A stretch of DNA of 64,000 nt from an uncultured delta proteobacterium (lineage in GTDB: Bacteria; Desulfobacterota; Binatia; Binatales; Binataceae). Location of the stretch: positions 480,001 through 544,000 of the forward strand of contig CAWJET010000001.1 in the NCBI GenBank assembly GCA_963842085.1, in the 5' to 3' direction. This document shows positions 53,341 through 64,000 of the stretch, piece by piece. Positions within the stretch are counted from its first letter, which is position 1, and each line of letters begins with the position of its first letter. The notes beneath the pieces are model-generated. The model was not told the origin of the DNA. It was given only the letters and a program-made list of their open reading frames with translations, and did not search any database. The position numbers were made by a program, and so were the translations under genes.

Positions 53341-54853
53341 TGTACGTCGTCAGAACCTATTGGACAAGTTGGCACAGGAATTAAGAGAGGATCTGGTCCA
53401 TCTGAGTTGAACCTTTGGCTGCGAACGAATGATGCAGCCGGCGTCTGGCTTCGATGGTTTTCAGTTTGGCATTTTTCCTCCGTGACAGAATCGCGGGACC
53501 TCGGCCGAAGTAGACGTCGGCCGGGGTCAGGTTGTTGAGACTTTCGTGGTAGCGGCGCGAGTTGTAGTAGTCGACGAACTCGGCCAGGCGCGCTTCGAGC
53601 TGACCGGGCAGGTAGTAGTTCTCGAGCAGGATCTGGTTCTTCATCGAACGATGGTAACGTTCGATCTTACCCTGGGTCATCGGGTGATAGGGCTTGCCGC
53701 GGGTATGCATCATGCCATGCTCCGCGAGCCAGGAGCCAAGCTGGGCCGACACGTACGACGGTCCGTTGTCGCTCAGCAGGCGCGGCCGGTGCCGGACGCG
53801 GACGCGCTCCAACCCGGAGTTGCGCAGCGCCATCGCGAGGGTGTCGGAGACATCGGTGGCAGTCATGGTGGTACACAGCTTCCAGGCCAGGATATAGCGC
53901 GAGAAGTCATCAAGGACAGTCGACAGATAGAACCAGCCCCAGCCGATCACCCGCAGGTAGGTAAAGTCGGTCTGCCAGAGTTGATTGGGTGCGGTGGTTG
54001 GATGGGCGAAGCTGTCGGCTGCCTTCATCAAGATGAAGGCCGGGCTGGTGATCAGGTCGTGCGCCTTCAGCAGCCGATAAACTGAGGCTTCCGAGACGAA
54101 GTACTGCTGCTGGTCGACGAACGAGACCGCCAACTCCCGCGGCGATAGCTGCGGTTCTTTGAGCGCAAGCTCGAGCACGGCCTGAGTAACTGCAGCTGGG
54201 AGCTTGTTCCACACCCGCCGCGGCGCCGGCGTGCGATCCTCCAGCCCTTCATCATCGCGAGTTCGATAGCGATCGTACCAGCAATAGAAGGTGGACCGTG
54301 GGATGCCGATCTGCTCCAGGGTGCGCCGCACCGGCAGCGACGACTGCTCGACCAGCCGGATGATCTCCAGCTTCTCGGCGGCCGCGTACCTCATATATCG
54401 GACTCCCCATCCGCCAGCACGCTTTTTTTGAGCAGGCGGTTCTCCATCATCAGTTCGGCCAGCAGTTCCTTGAGCTGATGGCTCTCCGCCCGCAGCTCCT
54501 TGACTTCATCGCTGGTCGCTTCACGCGCGGTATCGCCGGCCAGCCGCCTCTTGCCCGCCTCCAGGAAGTCCTTGGACCAGCGATAGTAGAGGTTCTGGTT
54601 GATCCCTTCCTTGCGGCACAACTCGGCCACGCTATCCTCGCCGCGCAGGCCGGCGATCACGATCCGGACCTTGTCCTCAGCCGAGAAGTGCCGGCGGGTC
54701 GCCCGCCTTATGTCGCGTACCGCCTTTTCCGCCCCATCCGACTGCGCATCGATTTTCGATCTCATCTACCGCTCCTTCCGCGGTTAAAGATGAGCCAAAA
54801 ACCCTCTCTTCCTCAATCGCCTCGAATTGTCCAACTTGTGCTGACGGGGAACA
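53341..54853 (-). mobile_element. Complete IS3-family element, 1513 bp (orfA 54391..54765, orfB 53381..54394)
   Basis: TIRs TGTACGTCGTCAGAACCTATTGGACAA / TGTTCCCCGTCAGCACAAGTTGGACAA; WQTDFTY, SDNG and KIERY DDE motifs; A7G slippery site near 54422-54429. Confidence 0.92.
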
Positions 54854-55117
54854 CTCGACCTATTCGGTGACTACAAGAGCAACGTCGCGCTCTATCCTCA
54901 ATTCCAGGCTTACTTCCGAAAGCACAAGCCGCCGCTGCTAGCGGTGTGGGGCAAGAACGACCCGTTCTTTCTCCCTGCCGGCGCCGAGGCATTCAAGCGC
55001 GACAACCCAAGCGCCGAAGTGCATCTTTATGATACGGGCCACTTCGCGCTCGAAACTCACGTGCAGCAGATCGCCGCGGTGATTCGCGACTTCCTCGGTC
55101 GTCATCCCTATGCGTGA
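54854..55117 (+). pseudogene. Alpha/beta hydrolase C-terminal fragment
   Basis: [30 protein letters not shown]; similar to 23345..24268. Confidence 0.85.
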
Positions 55118-55139
55118 CCGCGAGTATAGGGAGGTCTCC

Positions 55140-55820
55140 ATGTCGGCAACCGAACAAACCACAACCGTGTCCCGCCCCGGCTCGATTGTTTCCGTCCAGG
55201 TCGGCCATGTCGCTCCGCTCGGTCCTAGGCGAGTGCCAAGCGCCTTCGTTAAAAGACCGATCTCTGGTCGGGTGATGGTCCAACGGCTCGGGCTGGTCGG
55301 CGACCAACAGGCAGACCTGCGAGCTCACGGCGGTCCCGACAAAGCAGTCTACTGTTACCCAATCGAGCACTACGCCAAATGGTTAGCGGAGCGCCCATCG
55401 GCTGAGGCACTACTCGTGCCGGGCGGCTTTGGCGAAAACCTGACGACCCTCGGTTTCGACGAGGATGGCGTGTGCATCGGTGACATTCTGAGCATCGGCA
55501 GTGTCACGGCACAGGTGGCCCAGCCCCGAACGCCGTGCTTCAAACTAGGGCTCCGTTTCGCAAACATGCAGATGCTCCGCGCGATGACCCGCTCGGGGCG
55601 CAGTGGTTGGTATCTCCGCGTGCTCGAGCCCGGGCTGGTCGAAGCTGGAGCGTCGATTACGACAATAGATCGTCTCAACCCATCCTGGCCGGTCGTGCGG
55701 TTAAACCGTCTGATTCGTGGGGATGCCCGGCTGGACGAAATCGCCGAACTCGCCAGTCTTCGGGGGATCGCGAATGATTTACGCATTACCGCACGCGCCG
55801 GCATCAAAGGCTCGATCTGA
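55140..55820 (+). CDS. MOSC-domain protein (YiiM-like)
   Basis: HGGPDKAV, FGENLT, QPRTPCFKL and GWYLRVL. Confidence 0.9.
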   Translation: MSATEQTTTVSRPGSIVSVQVGHVAPLGPRRVPSAFVKRPISGRVMVQRLGLVGDQQADLRAHGGPDKAVYCYPIEHYAKWLAERPSAEALLVPGGFGENLTTLGFDEDGVCIGDILSIGSVTAQVAQPRTPCFKLGLRFANMQMLRAMTRSGRSGWYLRVLEPGLVEAGASITTIDRLNPSWPVVRLNRLIRGDARLDEIAELASLRGIANDLRITARAGIKGSI

Positions 55821-56033
55821 AGCGGACGCGACGGCGCAACCGCAAACTAATCCAAGTGATTCAACTTTAAGATCTTCTGGATAAAGGAGGCTGCGAAGTA
55901 AACAGCGAAGTTGTGTGACGAAATTTGCAGTCATTTGCGACTCCCCCGATCTAATGCTCAGTCCACGCTTCACTTCAGCCTAGTTAGTCCGTAATCCGCG
56001 CTCGCGATTTTAAATAAAAGATTGGAAGTTTTT

Positions 56034-56720
56034 ATGCGCGCGATCGTTATAGACGGATTTGGTGGCGTCGAACATCTGGTCATCAAAGAGATTCCAGACC
56101 CCGAGCCGAAGCCCGGCTACGCGGTGACCGAGGTTAAGGCCTTCGGCATCAACCACGCCGAGATGCATATGCGCAGAGGGGAATGGGCGGAAGCTGCGCC
56201 GGTAAGCGGCATAGAATGTGTCGGTGTCGTGAAATCCTGCCCGGGAGGTGAGTTCGCGGTTGGAACGAAGGTAGCCGCATTGATGGGTGGGCTGGGGCGA
56301 ACGATCAACGGCAGCTACGCCGAGTATTACACGAGCTCCGGTGACAAACGTTGCTTCTATCGAGTCAGACCTTCCTTGAGAGGAACTTGCAGCAATACCG
56401 GAGTCTTATGCCACAGCCTGGACTTTGTTCCGTAACCTCGAACTCGCCAAGGGTCAGAAACTGGTTATCCGTGGGGCGATGTCCTCGTTCGGGCAGGCAG
56501 CTCTGAATATGTCGGTAAATGCCGGCGCAGAGGTTATCGCCACAACCCGCAAAGAAGACTCCTTGCGGAAGTTGGGAATCGCTCGGTGCAAAACACATCG
56601 AGTTCGAAGGCCCCGATCTCTCGAGCCGCATTTCCGAACGGAAACGGATCGACGCGGTTCTTGATCTCGTCGGCAACAGCACCATCCTCGACTCCCTTGC
56701 CATGCTTCGCCGAGGCGGGC
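56034..56720 (+). pseudogene. Quinone oxidoreductase/MDR-family gene, frameshifted and truncated
   Basis: VKAFGINHAE..GIECVG..GSYAEY spread over three frames. Confidence 0.85.
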
Positions 56721-57324
56721 GGCAAGATGGTGGTGCGCCTCTGAGGAGTCTGTAGAAATTCGGAGGCCATCTAGCGGAATCAGGTTCTTGGGAAACTGTT
56801 GGCGGTTATCGAAACTGCGGTGACCGGCAACAGTCCTTTCGCGAGGCTCTAACTCGAAGCGGACCGGATGCGGATGCGGTTTCTTTCGCCGCGCAATGGA
56901 TGACTGGAGCTCAAATTTCGCCTCGGCGACGGTGAAGTGAAGTCGATTTAATTCTTATCCGGCTCTTCCGGGTCTCATTCGATCTGCGTAGCCACCTTTC
57001 GCCAATGGCCCGAAGTAATCTCAAGAGTGAAACAAATCCGGAGTGTAATCAGATGGCTGCTCGTCCGCGCGGATGGCGACCCTGCGGAAATCTGAAGATG
57101 GGCATGGCGATTGCGGGAGAACGTTGACTGTGAAGGGACTCGCGAATCCGTTTTCGACTGGATCAGGCGGGTCGAACTTTGAGGGCAAAGTCCAAGCGGC
57201 GTTCGTAGGGGCGATGCTTGTGGGCGCTCCCGCCCCCTGTTGATGAAAGGGTTGAATCACGAGTTGGCTTGGTCTGATGATGGTGGGAAGTGGGTATTTT
57301 CTTCGAGCCAGGGAGCATCGTCCC

Positions 57325-57846
57325 TTGAAGGTATTGATCCTCACCGGCCCCCCGGGTGCCGGGAAAAACACTATTGCATCGGTCTACGCGAACGCGCGCG
57401 AGCGATGTGCAGTGATCGACGTGGACGTAGTCAGATGGATGGTGCTGAAGCCACACGTGGCACCATGGGGCGGCGAAGCTGGGCGAAGGCAACATCGCCT
57501 CGGCGTCCGCAACGCCTGTATGCTTGCGCGCAACTTTATCGAAGAAGGATTTGAAGTCGTAATCCTGGATGTGCTCTCGGACGAGATCGCGCGACTATAT
57601 GAAGCCGCGCTGGAACCGGTGTCCGCCAATATCGTCCTCCTGATGCCGAGCTTCGAGGAGATTCAGAAGCGAAACCGGGACCGGTTGGGAACGAGCCTGA
57701 CAGACGAGGAAATCGCTAATTGCTACGAGTCGCAAACCCAACTGCGCACTTTCGACCGGAAAATCGATAACACTGGCCTCTCGCCAGCGGAAGTCGCGCA
57801 TATGCTCGTTCAAGTCCGCGATTCGGTATCGCTGCCTCGCGGATGA
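57325..57846 (+). CDS. Small P-loop kinase (AAA_33-like)
   Basis: LILTGPPGAGKN, IDVDVVR and IDNTGLS; start uncertain. Confidence 0.7.
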   Translation: MKVLILTGPPGAGKNTIASVYANARERCAVIDVDVVRWMVLKPHVAPWGGEAGRRQHRLGVRNACMLARNFIEEGFEVVILDVLSDEIARLYEAALEPVSANIVLLMPSFEEIQKRNRDRLGTSLTDEEIANCYESQTQLRTFDRKIDNTGLSPAEVAHMLVQVRDSVSLPRG

Positions 57847-58365
57847 TCTCTAGCCGGTCGGATTCGCTAAGTTTAAGAATGAGCTCTCGCAATACTTCAC
57901 TCGGCATGGTGACTCCTCCGGGGCATCTTGCACCGACCGGCTGAGTATCGAGCGTACATTCGCCCATAATTTATTCGGAAAAGCAAAAGGCGATATGAAG
58001 CACAAACGTCTCGGATTCCACAGACGGATCATCCAGCGCGTGGTGGATTTTCGGCCCTTTACTCATTGCGCTGGCCCTGGCGTCGGCTCCGCTCACTAGC
58101 TAATTAGCGCAGCTTATTTGACTTTCTCTATGCAATGGAAATAGACTTCGACTCGTCGGAATCGCAAGAAATGAATCGCGTCCGACTTTGATCCAGCCCG
58201 ACAGTGGCCCTTCCACTCGCCTTCTGACCACGTTCCGCTAGACCAACGCAAATCGTAAGACGGGAAGGCTTGAGAGAGGTCCTACGGGACGAGCTCGTCT
58301 CCAGGCGCCCATGCTGGGCCGTCCGCCCCTATCTTTTGCGCGCGGCCGCGCGGCATAGCGGAACA

Positions 58366-58791
58366 ATGTCATCTACGGGGAACCTGGCCAAGGCGCAACT
58401 CATTCTTTCGAGAAAAGAACTGCTCGACTTCGCAGCCGAGGGCAGCACCGATGACTACAAAGCGATTGTGGCCGATTGGGTCCGGGTCAAACCTGCAAAC
58501 TTCCCAGGATGGGAGCCGCAAGACCCGGTTGTCGCAGTCTTTCAAATACTCAGAAGAAACGAGCGGAGCAGGGGCGGTGATTACCTTGAGTCGATCGTTT
58601 ATGAAGCCCTAGTGAAGTGCCATCGGCAGTTGAACACTCTCCGCGGTATCTATCGCGGGGAAAAGAGACACGCAAAACAAGCCGCAGACGCGGCGCGTAG
58701 TATCGGCGATCCCGAAGTTGATCCCGATCCCGCCCTTGACTTGTCGAACCTAACCGAAAGCGAGAAGGAGCACATACGCCGCTGGCCGTGA
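58366..58791 (+). CDS. 141-aa unknown protein, paralog of 17999..18424
   Basis: Inverted copy with a conserved frame and length. Confidence 0.6.
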   Translation: MSSTGNLAKAQLILSRKELLDFAAEGSTDDYKAIVADWVRVKPANFPGWEPQDPVVAVFQILRRNERSRGGDYLESIVYEALVKCHRQLNTLRGIYRGEKRHAKQAADAARSIGDPEVDPDPALDLSNLTESEKEHIRRWP

Positions 58792-59401
58792 GCGCCGGGC
58801 CAGAATCGCTTCGTCCTATGTCGAACGGCATCCGGTGAAAAGCGGTGTGGTTCCTCAAAACTTCATCCGCGCGAATTCGTTGGTGGTTTCGATGGGCCGG
58901 CGATAGCCTGCTTTCATGGCGAAGCCGACAAGCGGAGCGCTCCCGGTCACCCGAAGCGGCAAACCCCGAGGCGGCTCGATGCCTCACGTCAGGTTCGAAT
59001 TAAGGCGTTGCAGCACATACCGGAACTACTCGAGGCGCTGAAGAGCAAGGCCGACGACTTTATCCGCCCGCATTCGTATCTTCAGCTCGTCATACCTCCG
59101 CCAACCGGTTCAAGAAGACGGACTTGAAGCGGTACGGACTGCCAGTCTAATGCTCCCGTTTTATTGAGGTCTCCGAGAAGAATTCCAATGCTGCCGCCAT
59201 TGTATGCACCTATGGTTGAAATCATCTTGTCAGATAGGGAACATTGAAAGTCATGATCGTCGCCGCCGTGGGGATCGAACCGATCTCTTTCTCTCAGAGC
59301 GTTATCTGCTCGAGCATCGCGAACGGTGCTCAGATTCCTCATTAGATCTGGGCGGTATCGATCCAAACCGCAGCCGTTATACTTCTGCGGAGGAGGGACC
59401 G

Positions 59402-59713
59402 ATGAGTAAACTTGCTGACCATCCCGCGATCCAAGAATCCTGGTCCAACTTGCTTTGGAGCCCGGGCGACATCTCCGATCCTGATCCAATCAATCCGCTC
59501 GACAGCGTCTTGAAAAACGTGACCTTCATCAAGGGCGCTGCGGGCAAACACCATCTCCAATTGACACGCGCTCAAGACGGCGCGATCGCGGCTCTCTGGT
59601 GCTGCGACAATTCGCTGGTTCGGAACCTTGAGGAGACCTTGCTCCAGTGCCTCGGCCAGACGATTCGCGAGATCGGCGAACGTACGATCCAGGACGACTT
59701 GACCCTTCCTTAG
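59402..59713 (+). CDS. Hypothetical protein
   Basis: ATG after GGAGGAGG; protein-like composition. Confidence 0.55.
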   Translation: MSKLADHPAIQESWSNLLWSPGDISDPDPINPLDSVLKNVTFIKGAAGKHHLQLTRAQDGAIAALWCCDNSLVRNLEETLLQCLGQTIREIGERTIQDDLTLP

Positions 59714-59730
59714 CTCGCTCATCGTCGTGC

Positions 59731-59983
59731 GAGATGAAACGCGTTTTGCTATGACTCTCTGCCGGAGAGGGGCGGATTCGAAACGGCGGTGTCGCGAGAG
59801 ACCTTTGCGTGGAAAAACCTGGGCAAGTATTGGGAAAATTTCGAGTTGAAGTCCGCTAGCATCCTACGGAGAGTAAGTTCGCCTTCAGTTCGGTACGATT
59901 TCCGCCGTCAACTTTAAATTCCGGTGTCGCGAGAATGCGGCTGGGTCGACGAATTCCGTCCGACGAACTCGAGTCTTCCAAGG
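59731..59983 (-). repeat. Diverged full arm + tRNA-3'-like motif + arm A
   Basis: 14-mers at 59922-59935 and 59787-59799; TTCGAATCCGCCCCTCTCCGGCAGAGAGTCATAGCAAAACGCG. Confidence 0.85.
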
Positions 59984-60034
59984 CGACGCCAAAGCTCGCT
60001 CGCCCTGACTTATTTCGGCCGAGCTCCGATCGCC

Positions 60035-60105
60035 GCTACGTTCCCAAAGGCGAAAGCACGGACGACGAGTTCCGCTGCGCTCGAGCACGGCGATTTGATG
60101 GCGCA
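60035..60105 (-). pseudogene. rve-type transposase N-terminal fragment
   Basis: LRHQIAVLERSGTRRPCFRLWER. Confidence 0.55.
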
Positions 60106-60285
60106 GCCGCGATCGATTCCAAAAGCAGCGAAGTCCGGGTTCGGGGTTCGCTTCGCGCGACGGGGGCTCTCCGCTTATCCGCTTCGCCATGACGGCAGGC
60201 TATCGCCACGCGTTTGAAACCGCCAATGAATTCGTGCGGATAAGGTTTTGAGGAGGCAAACCTCGAATTTGAAAACGCGAGCGGC

Positions 60286-60480
60286 TTAATTTGGTTTTGA
60301 CGTAAACTCAAGGGAAACCGATGGCTGTCCAAACACCCGCGCCAGCGCATCTTTTAGTTCCAGTTTCTGTTCTTGGTTGATGTTGGATTCCGCGTCATGG
60401 TCAGCGTTGTATTGGGCGATGTAGACCCCGATCATTTCGGACAATACAGTTGTCAATTCTTGGGGCCATTGTTTTTGCAT
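60286..60480 (-). CDS. Small hypothetical protein downstream of groEL
   Basis: MQKQWPQELTTVLSEMIG.. after a purine-rich RBS. Confidence 0.5.
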   Translation of the reverse strand: MQKQWPQELTTVLSEMIGVYIAQYNADHDAESNINQEQKLELKDALARVFGQPSVSLEFTSKPN

Positions 60481-60542
60481 AAGGTTCCTTCCTCGGCCTC
60501 GGGCGCCCGATCGGGCGCGCAATCGCGTATTCGCGTGCGCAA

Positions 60543-62201
<1,659 letters not shown>

Positions 62202-62245
62202 TCAACGGAATGGATCGGTATTCGCTTGTGAGCGGGCGGCAATGT

Positions 62246-62536
62246 CTACTCGATGATTCCCAGGATGTCGTCCTCGCGCAGGATCATGTGCTCTTCGCCG
62301 TCGAGCTTCACCTCACTGCCCGAGTACTTGCCGAACAGGATCTTGTCGCCGGACCTCACCTCGAGTGGGATAAGCTTGCCATCGTCTCCGTATTTGCCCT
62401 TGCCGACGGCGATTACCTTACCCTCCTGGGGTTTTTCCTTGGCCGTGTCCGGGATAACGATCCCGCCCTTGGTGCGTTCCTCCTCCTTGATGCGTTTGAC
62501 CAGAACCCGATCTCCCAGTGGTCGAAACTTCGTCAT
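62246..62536 (-). CDS. groS: Co-chaperonin GroES
   Basis: PLGDRVLV and [13 protein letters not shown]. Confidence 0.98.
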   Translation of the reverse strand: MTKFRPLGDRVLVKRIKEEERTKGGIVIPDTAKEKPQEGKVIAVGKGKYGDDGKLIPLEVRSGDKILFGKYSGSEVKLDGEEHMILREDDILGIIE

Positions 62537-62588
62537 GGAACCAATTGCCTCCTTGGCTTTGCGATGTCGGTAAAAGCCGGAACCGCCT

Positions 62589-62843
62589 TCAGATTAAGTA
62601 ACTGCCCCGATGATTCTCTGAGTTTTTCAGACTTTTCCCGACGGTGTATCCAACGCCGATTCCGACAAGTCCGCCGATAACGGCTCCCGTGGCTGGCGCG
62701 CCCACAGTCGCACCTGCAATGGCTCCTGTGCCGAGTCCAACCGCACCACCGGCCCAAGCGCTCAGTGAAAACATATTTATTCCTGCTACCTCGGCCGCGA
62801 GGAGTCTATTCCGGATTGGACGAAGACTAGGTCGTTCCATCAC
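62589..62843 (-). CDS. Glycine-zipper small protein
   Basis: [26 protein letters not shown]. Confidence 0.6.
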   Translation of the reverse strand: MMERPSLRPIRNRLLAAEVAGINMFSLSAWAGGAVGLGTGAIAGATVGAPATGAVIGGLVGIGVGYTVGKSLKNSENHRGSYLI

Positions 62844-63228
62844 GCCTCCCTCAAGCCTTACCGTTCTTACGATTTGTGTGGTCTAGCAGAACCGTGGTCA
62901 AAGGCCGCAGGAAGGGCCACTGTCGGGCTGGACGAATTCGGACTCGATTCCTATGTCGGTTCGAATTTGGTTAAACTGTAGATCAAGCCTACCAACAAAG
63001 TCAAATTAGCACTGCTACTAGCTAAGTTACGACTTCATCGATGCGAGGGCGGTGGACGGCAGTGCAATTCTGCAGTTCGTACCTATATTCCTAAAGGGCG
63101 TACAATTCGTACTCACCTTAGTTCTAGAAATACGCCTCCAACCGGTTGAGGTACCACGGCGCAAAGGCGGTGGGTGACCCCGAAACCCGAAGACAATGCC
63201 GAGCATCGTGCGCCGGCAGGGGGTTCTG

Positions 63229-63648
63229 ATGGAACTCGTGTTTGAAAACGGATGGAACGGCAACCGAGGGCTGATCGATAGGCCGGCCAGCTTTCAGCGA
63301 GATATGGAAGATGCCGCCTCTAGCCCTATGGAGCCCCGGGCGGACGTGATCGAGGACAAGGATGCGTACCATTTCTACTTCGAGATGCCGGGGCTCAAGG
63401 GTGAGTCCCTCGACGTGCAGGTGGAAAACGATCAGTTAAGTGTTGCAGCGGAGCGCAAGAGGCCCGAGTGGCCGCAGGAGACGGCGGTTCACATCGCAGA
63501 GCGCGGTTTCGGTCATATCAGACGCGCATTCAGGCTTCCGCTCAACGCGAGCCGCGACGGCATCCGCGCGTCCTACGTTGATGGTGTACTCGAATTGACG
63601 GTCGAAAAGCGCCCCGAGTCCAAGCCAGTCAAGGTCACAGTTAACTAG
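63229..63648 (+). CDS. Hsp20 small heat-shock protein
   Basis: PRADVIE, EMPGL, ERGFG and ASYVDGVLEL. Confidence 0.9.
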   Translation: MELVFENGWNGNRGLIDRPASFQRDMEDAASSPMEPRADVIEDKDAYHFYFEMPGLKGESLDVQVENDQLSVAAERKRPEWPQETAVHIAERGFGHIRRAFRLPLNASRDGIRASYVDGVLELTVEKRPESKPVKVTVN

Positions 63649-63662
63649 GTTAGTTTCCCAAA

Positions 63663-63705
63663 GGGCGCGCCGCACGCCTCAACGCAGCGGCGCGCCGTTT
63701 CGTTT
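63663..63705 (+). terminator. Intrinsic terminator after hsp20
   Basis: GGCGCGCCGC..GCGGCGCGCC followed by GTTTCGTTT. Confidence 0.7.
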
Positions 63706-64000
63706 GGAGACCCCAACCCGTGCTGGACTGGTTCCGGACGGTAGAGCTATCAAACTCTGCCACGCTTCCGCGCTCGCAGTTGTGGGCTGGTACCTGATGA
63801 TGCCGCCCGATTACCCTGTCCCTACTGGAAATTCTATCTGAACCGGAATTCGAGTGGCTGCAAGAATTGCTATCGAATTGATGCGCTCAAATGAGACGGG
63901 CTGCAATCTGAACCACAAGTGGCTCACCCTGATCGAGATCGAAAGGCCACCGCCCCGGGATACGAACCTTGCTCTGAATCCCGCCGATCTCAGGACGTCG

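Noticed and set aside
63006-63025. CIRCE operator between groES and hsp20
   Set aside because: Only TTAGCACT matches; the N9-GAGTGCTAA half is missing.
63748-63841. Short ..ALAVVGWYLMMPP peptide resembling a small-protein family
   Set aside because: Starts with ATC and stops after about 30 codons; too little to call.

Overview
GC-rich bacterial accessory region. Gene content (DUF1329-like protein, AC/TPR fragments, mreB/groEL style) suggests a soil Deltaproteobacteria-like lineage, possibly Ca. Binatota; this is inference only. It mixes intact cargo genes (mreB, lpxD, khpA, an rpoD paralog, groES/EL, hsp20, hydrolases, oxidoreductases) with about 25 short gene fragments. Mobile elements: two intact DUF2924 + large serine recombinase (LSR) modules and three LSR relics, a complete IS3-family element, IS1380/IS21/rve-transposase remnants, and a Cas4/TM0106-like nuclease-IS66 transposase fusion. 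The strongest unexplained structure is a family of about 10 dispersed ~39-bp tRNA-Ser 3'-end-like DNA motifs (ACCG-N3-GTTCGAA-N17-NN-(C/G)AGTC). None has a tRNA 5' half. They sit at mosaic junctions and carry conserved non-coding flanking arms that switch partners at the motif. The motifs bound a 3-kb minimal LSR island, a capsid-less methylase-terminase-LSR element whose terminase ends in a LIM-type zinc finger, a 387-bp segment with inverted ends, and a 635-bp mreB direct repeat 40.5 kb apart. I interpret this as a possible LSR-driven network of tRNA-mimic att sites that shuffles DNA; this is a hypothesis. All family assignments were made by eye from motifs; no searches were run.
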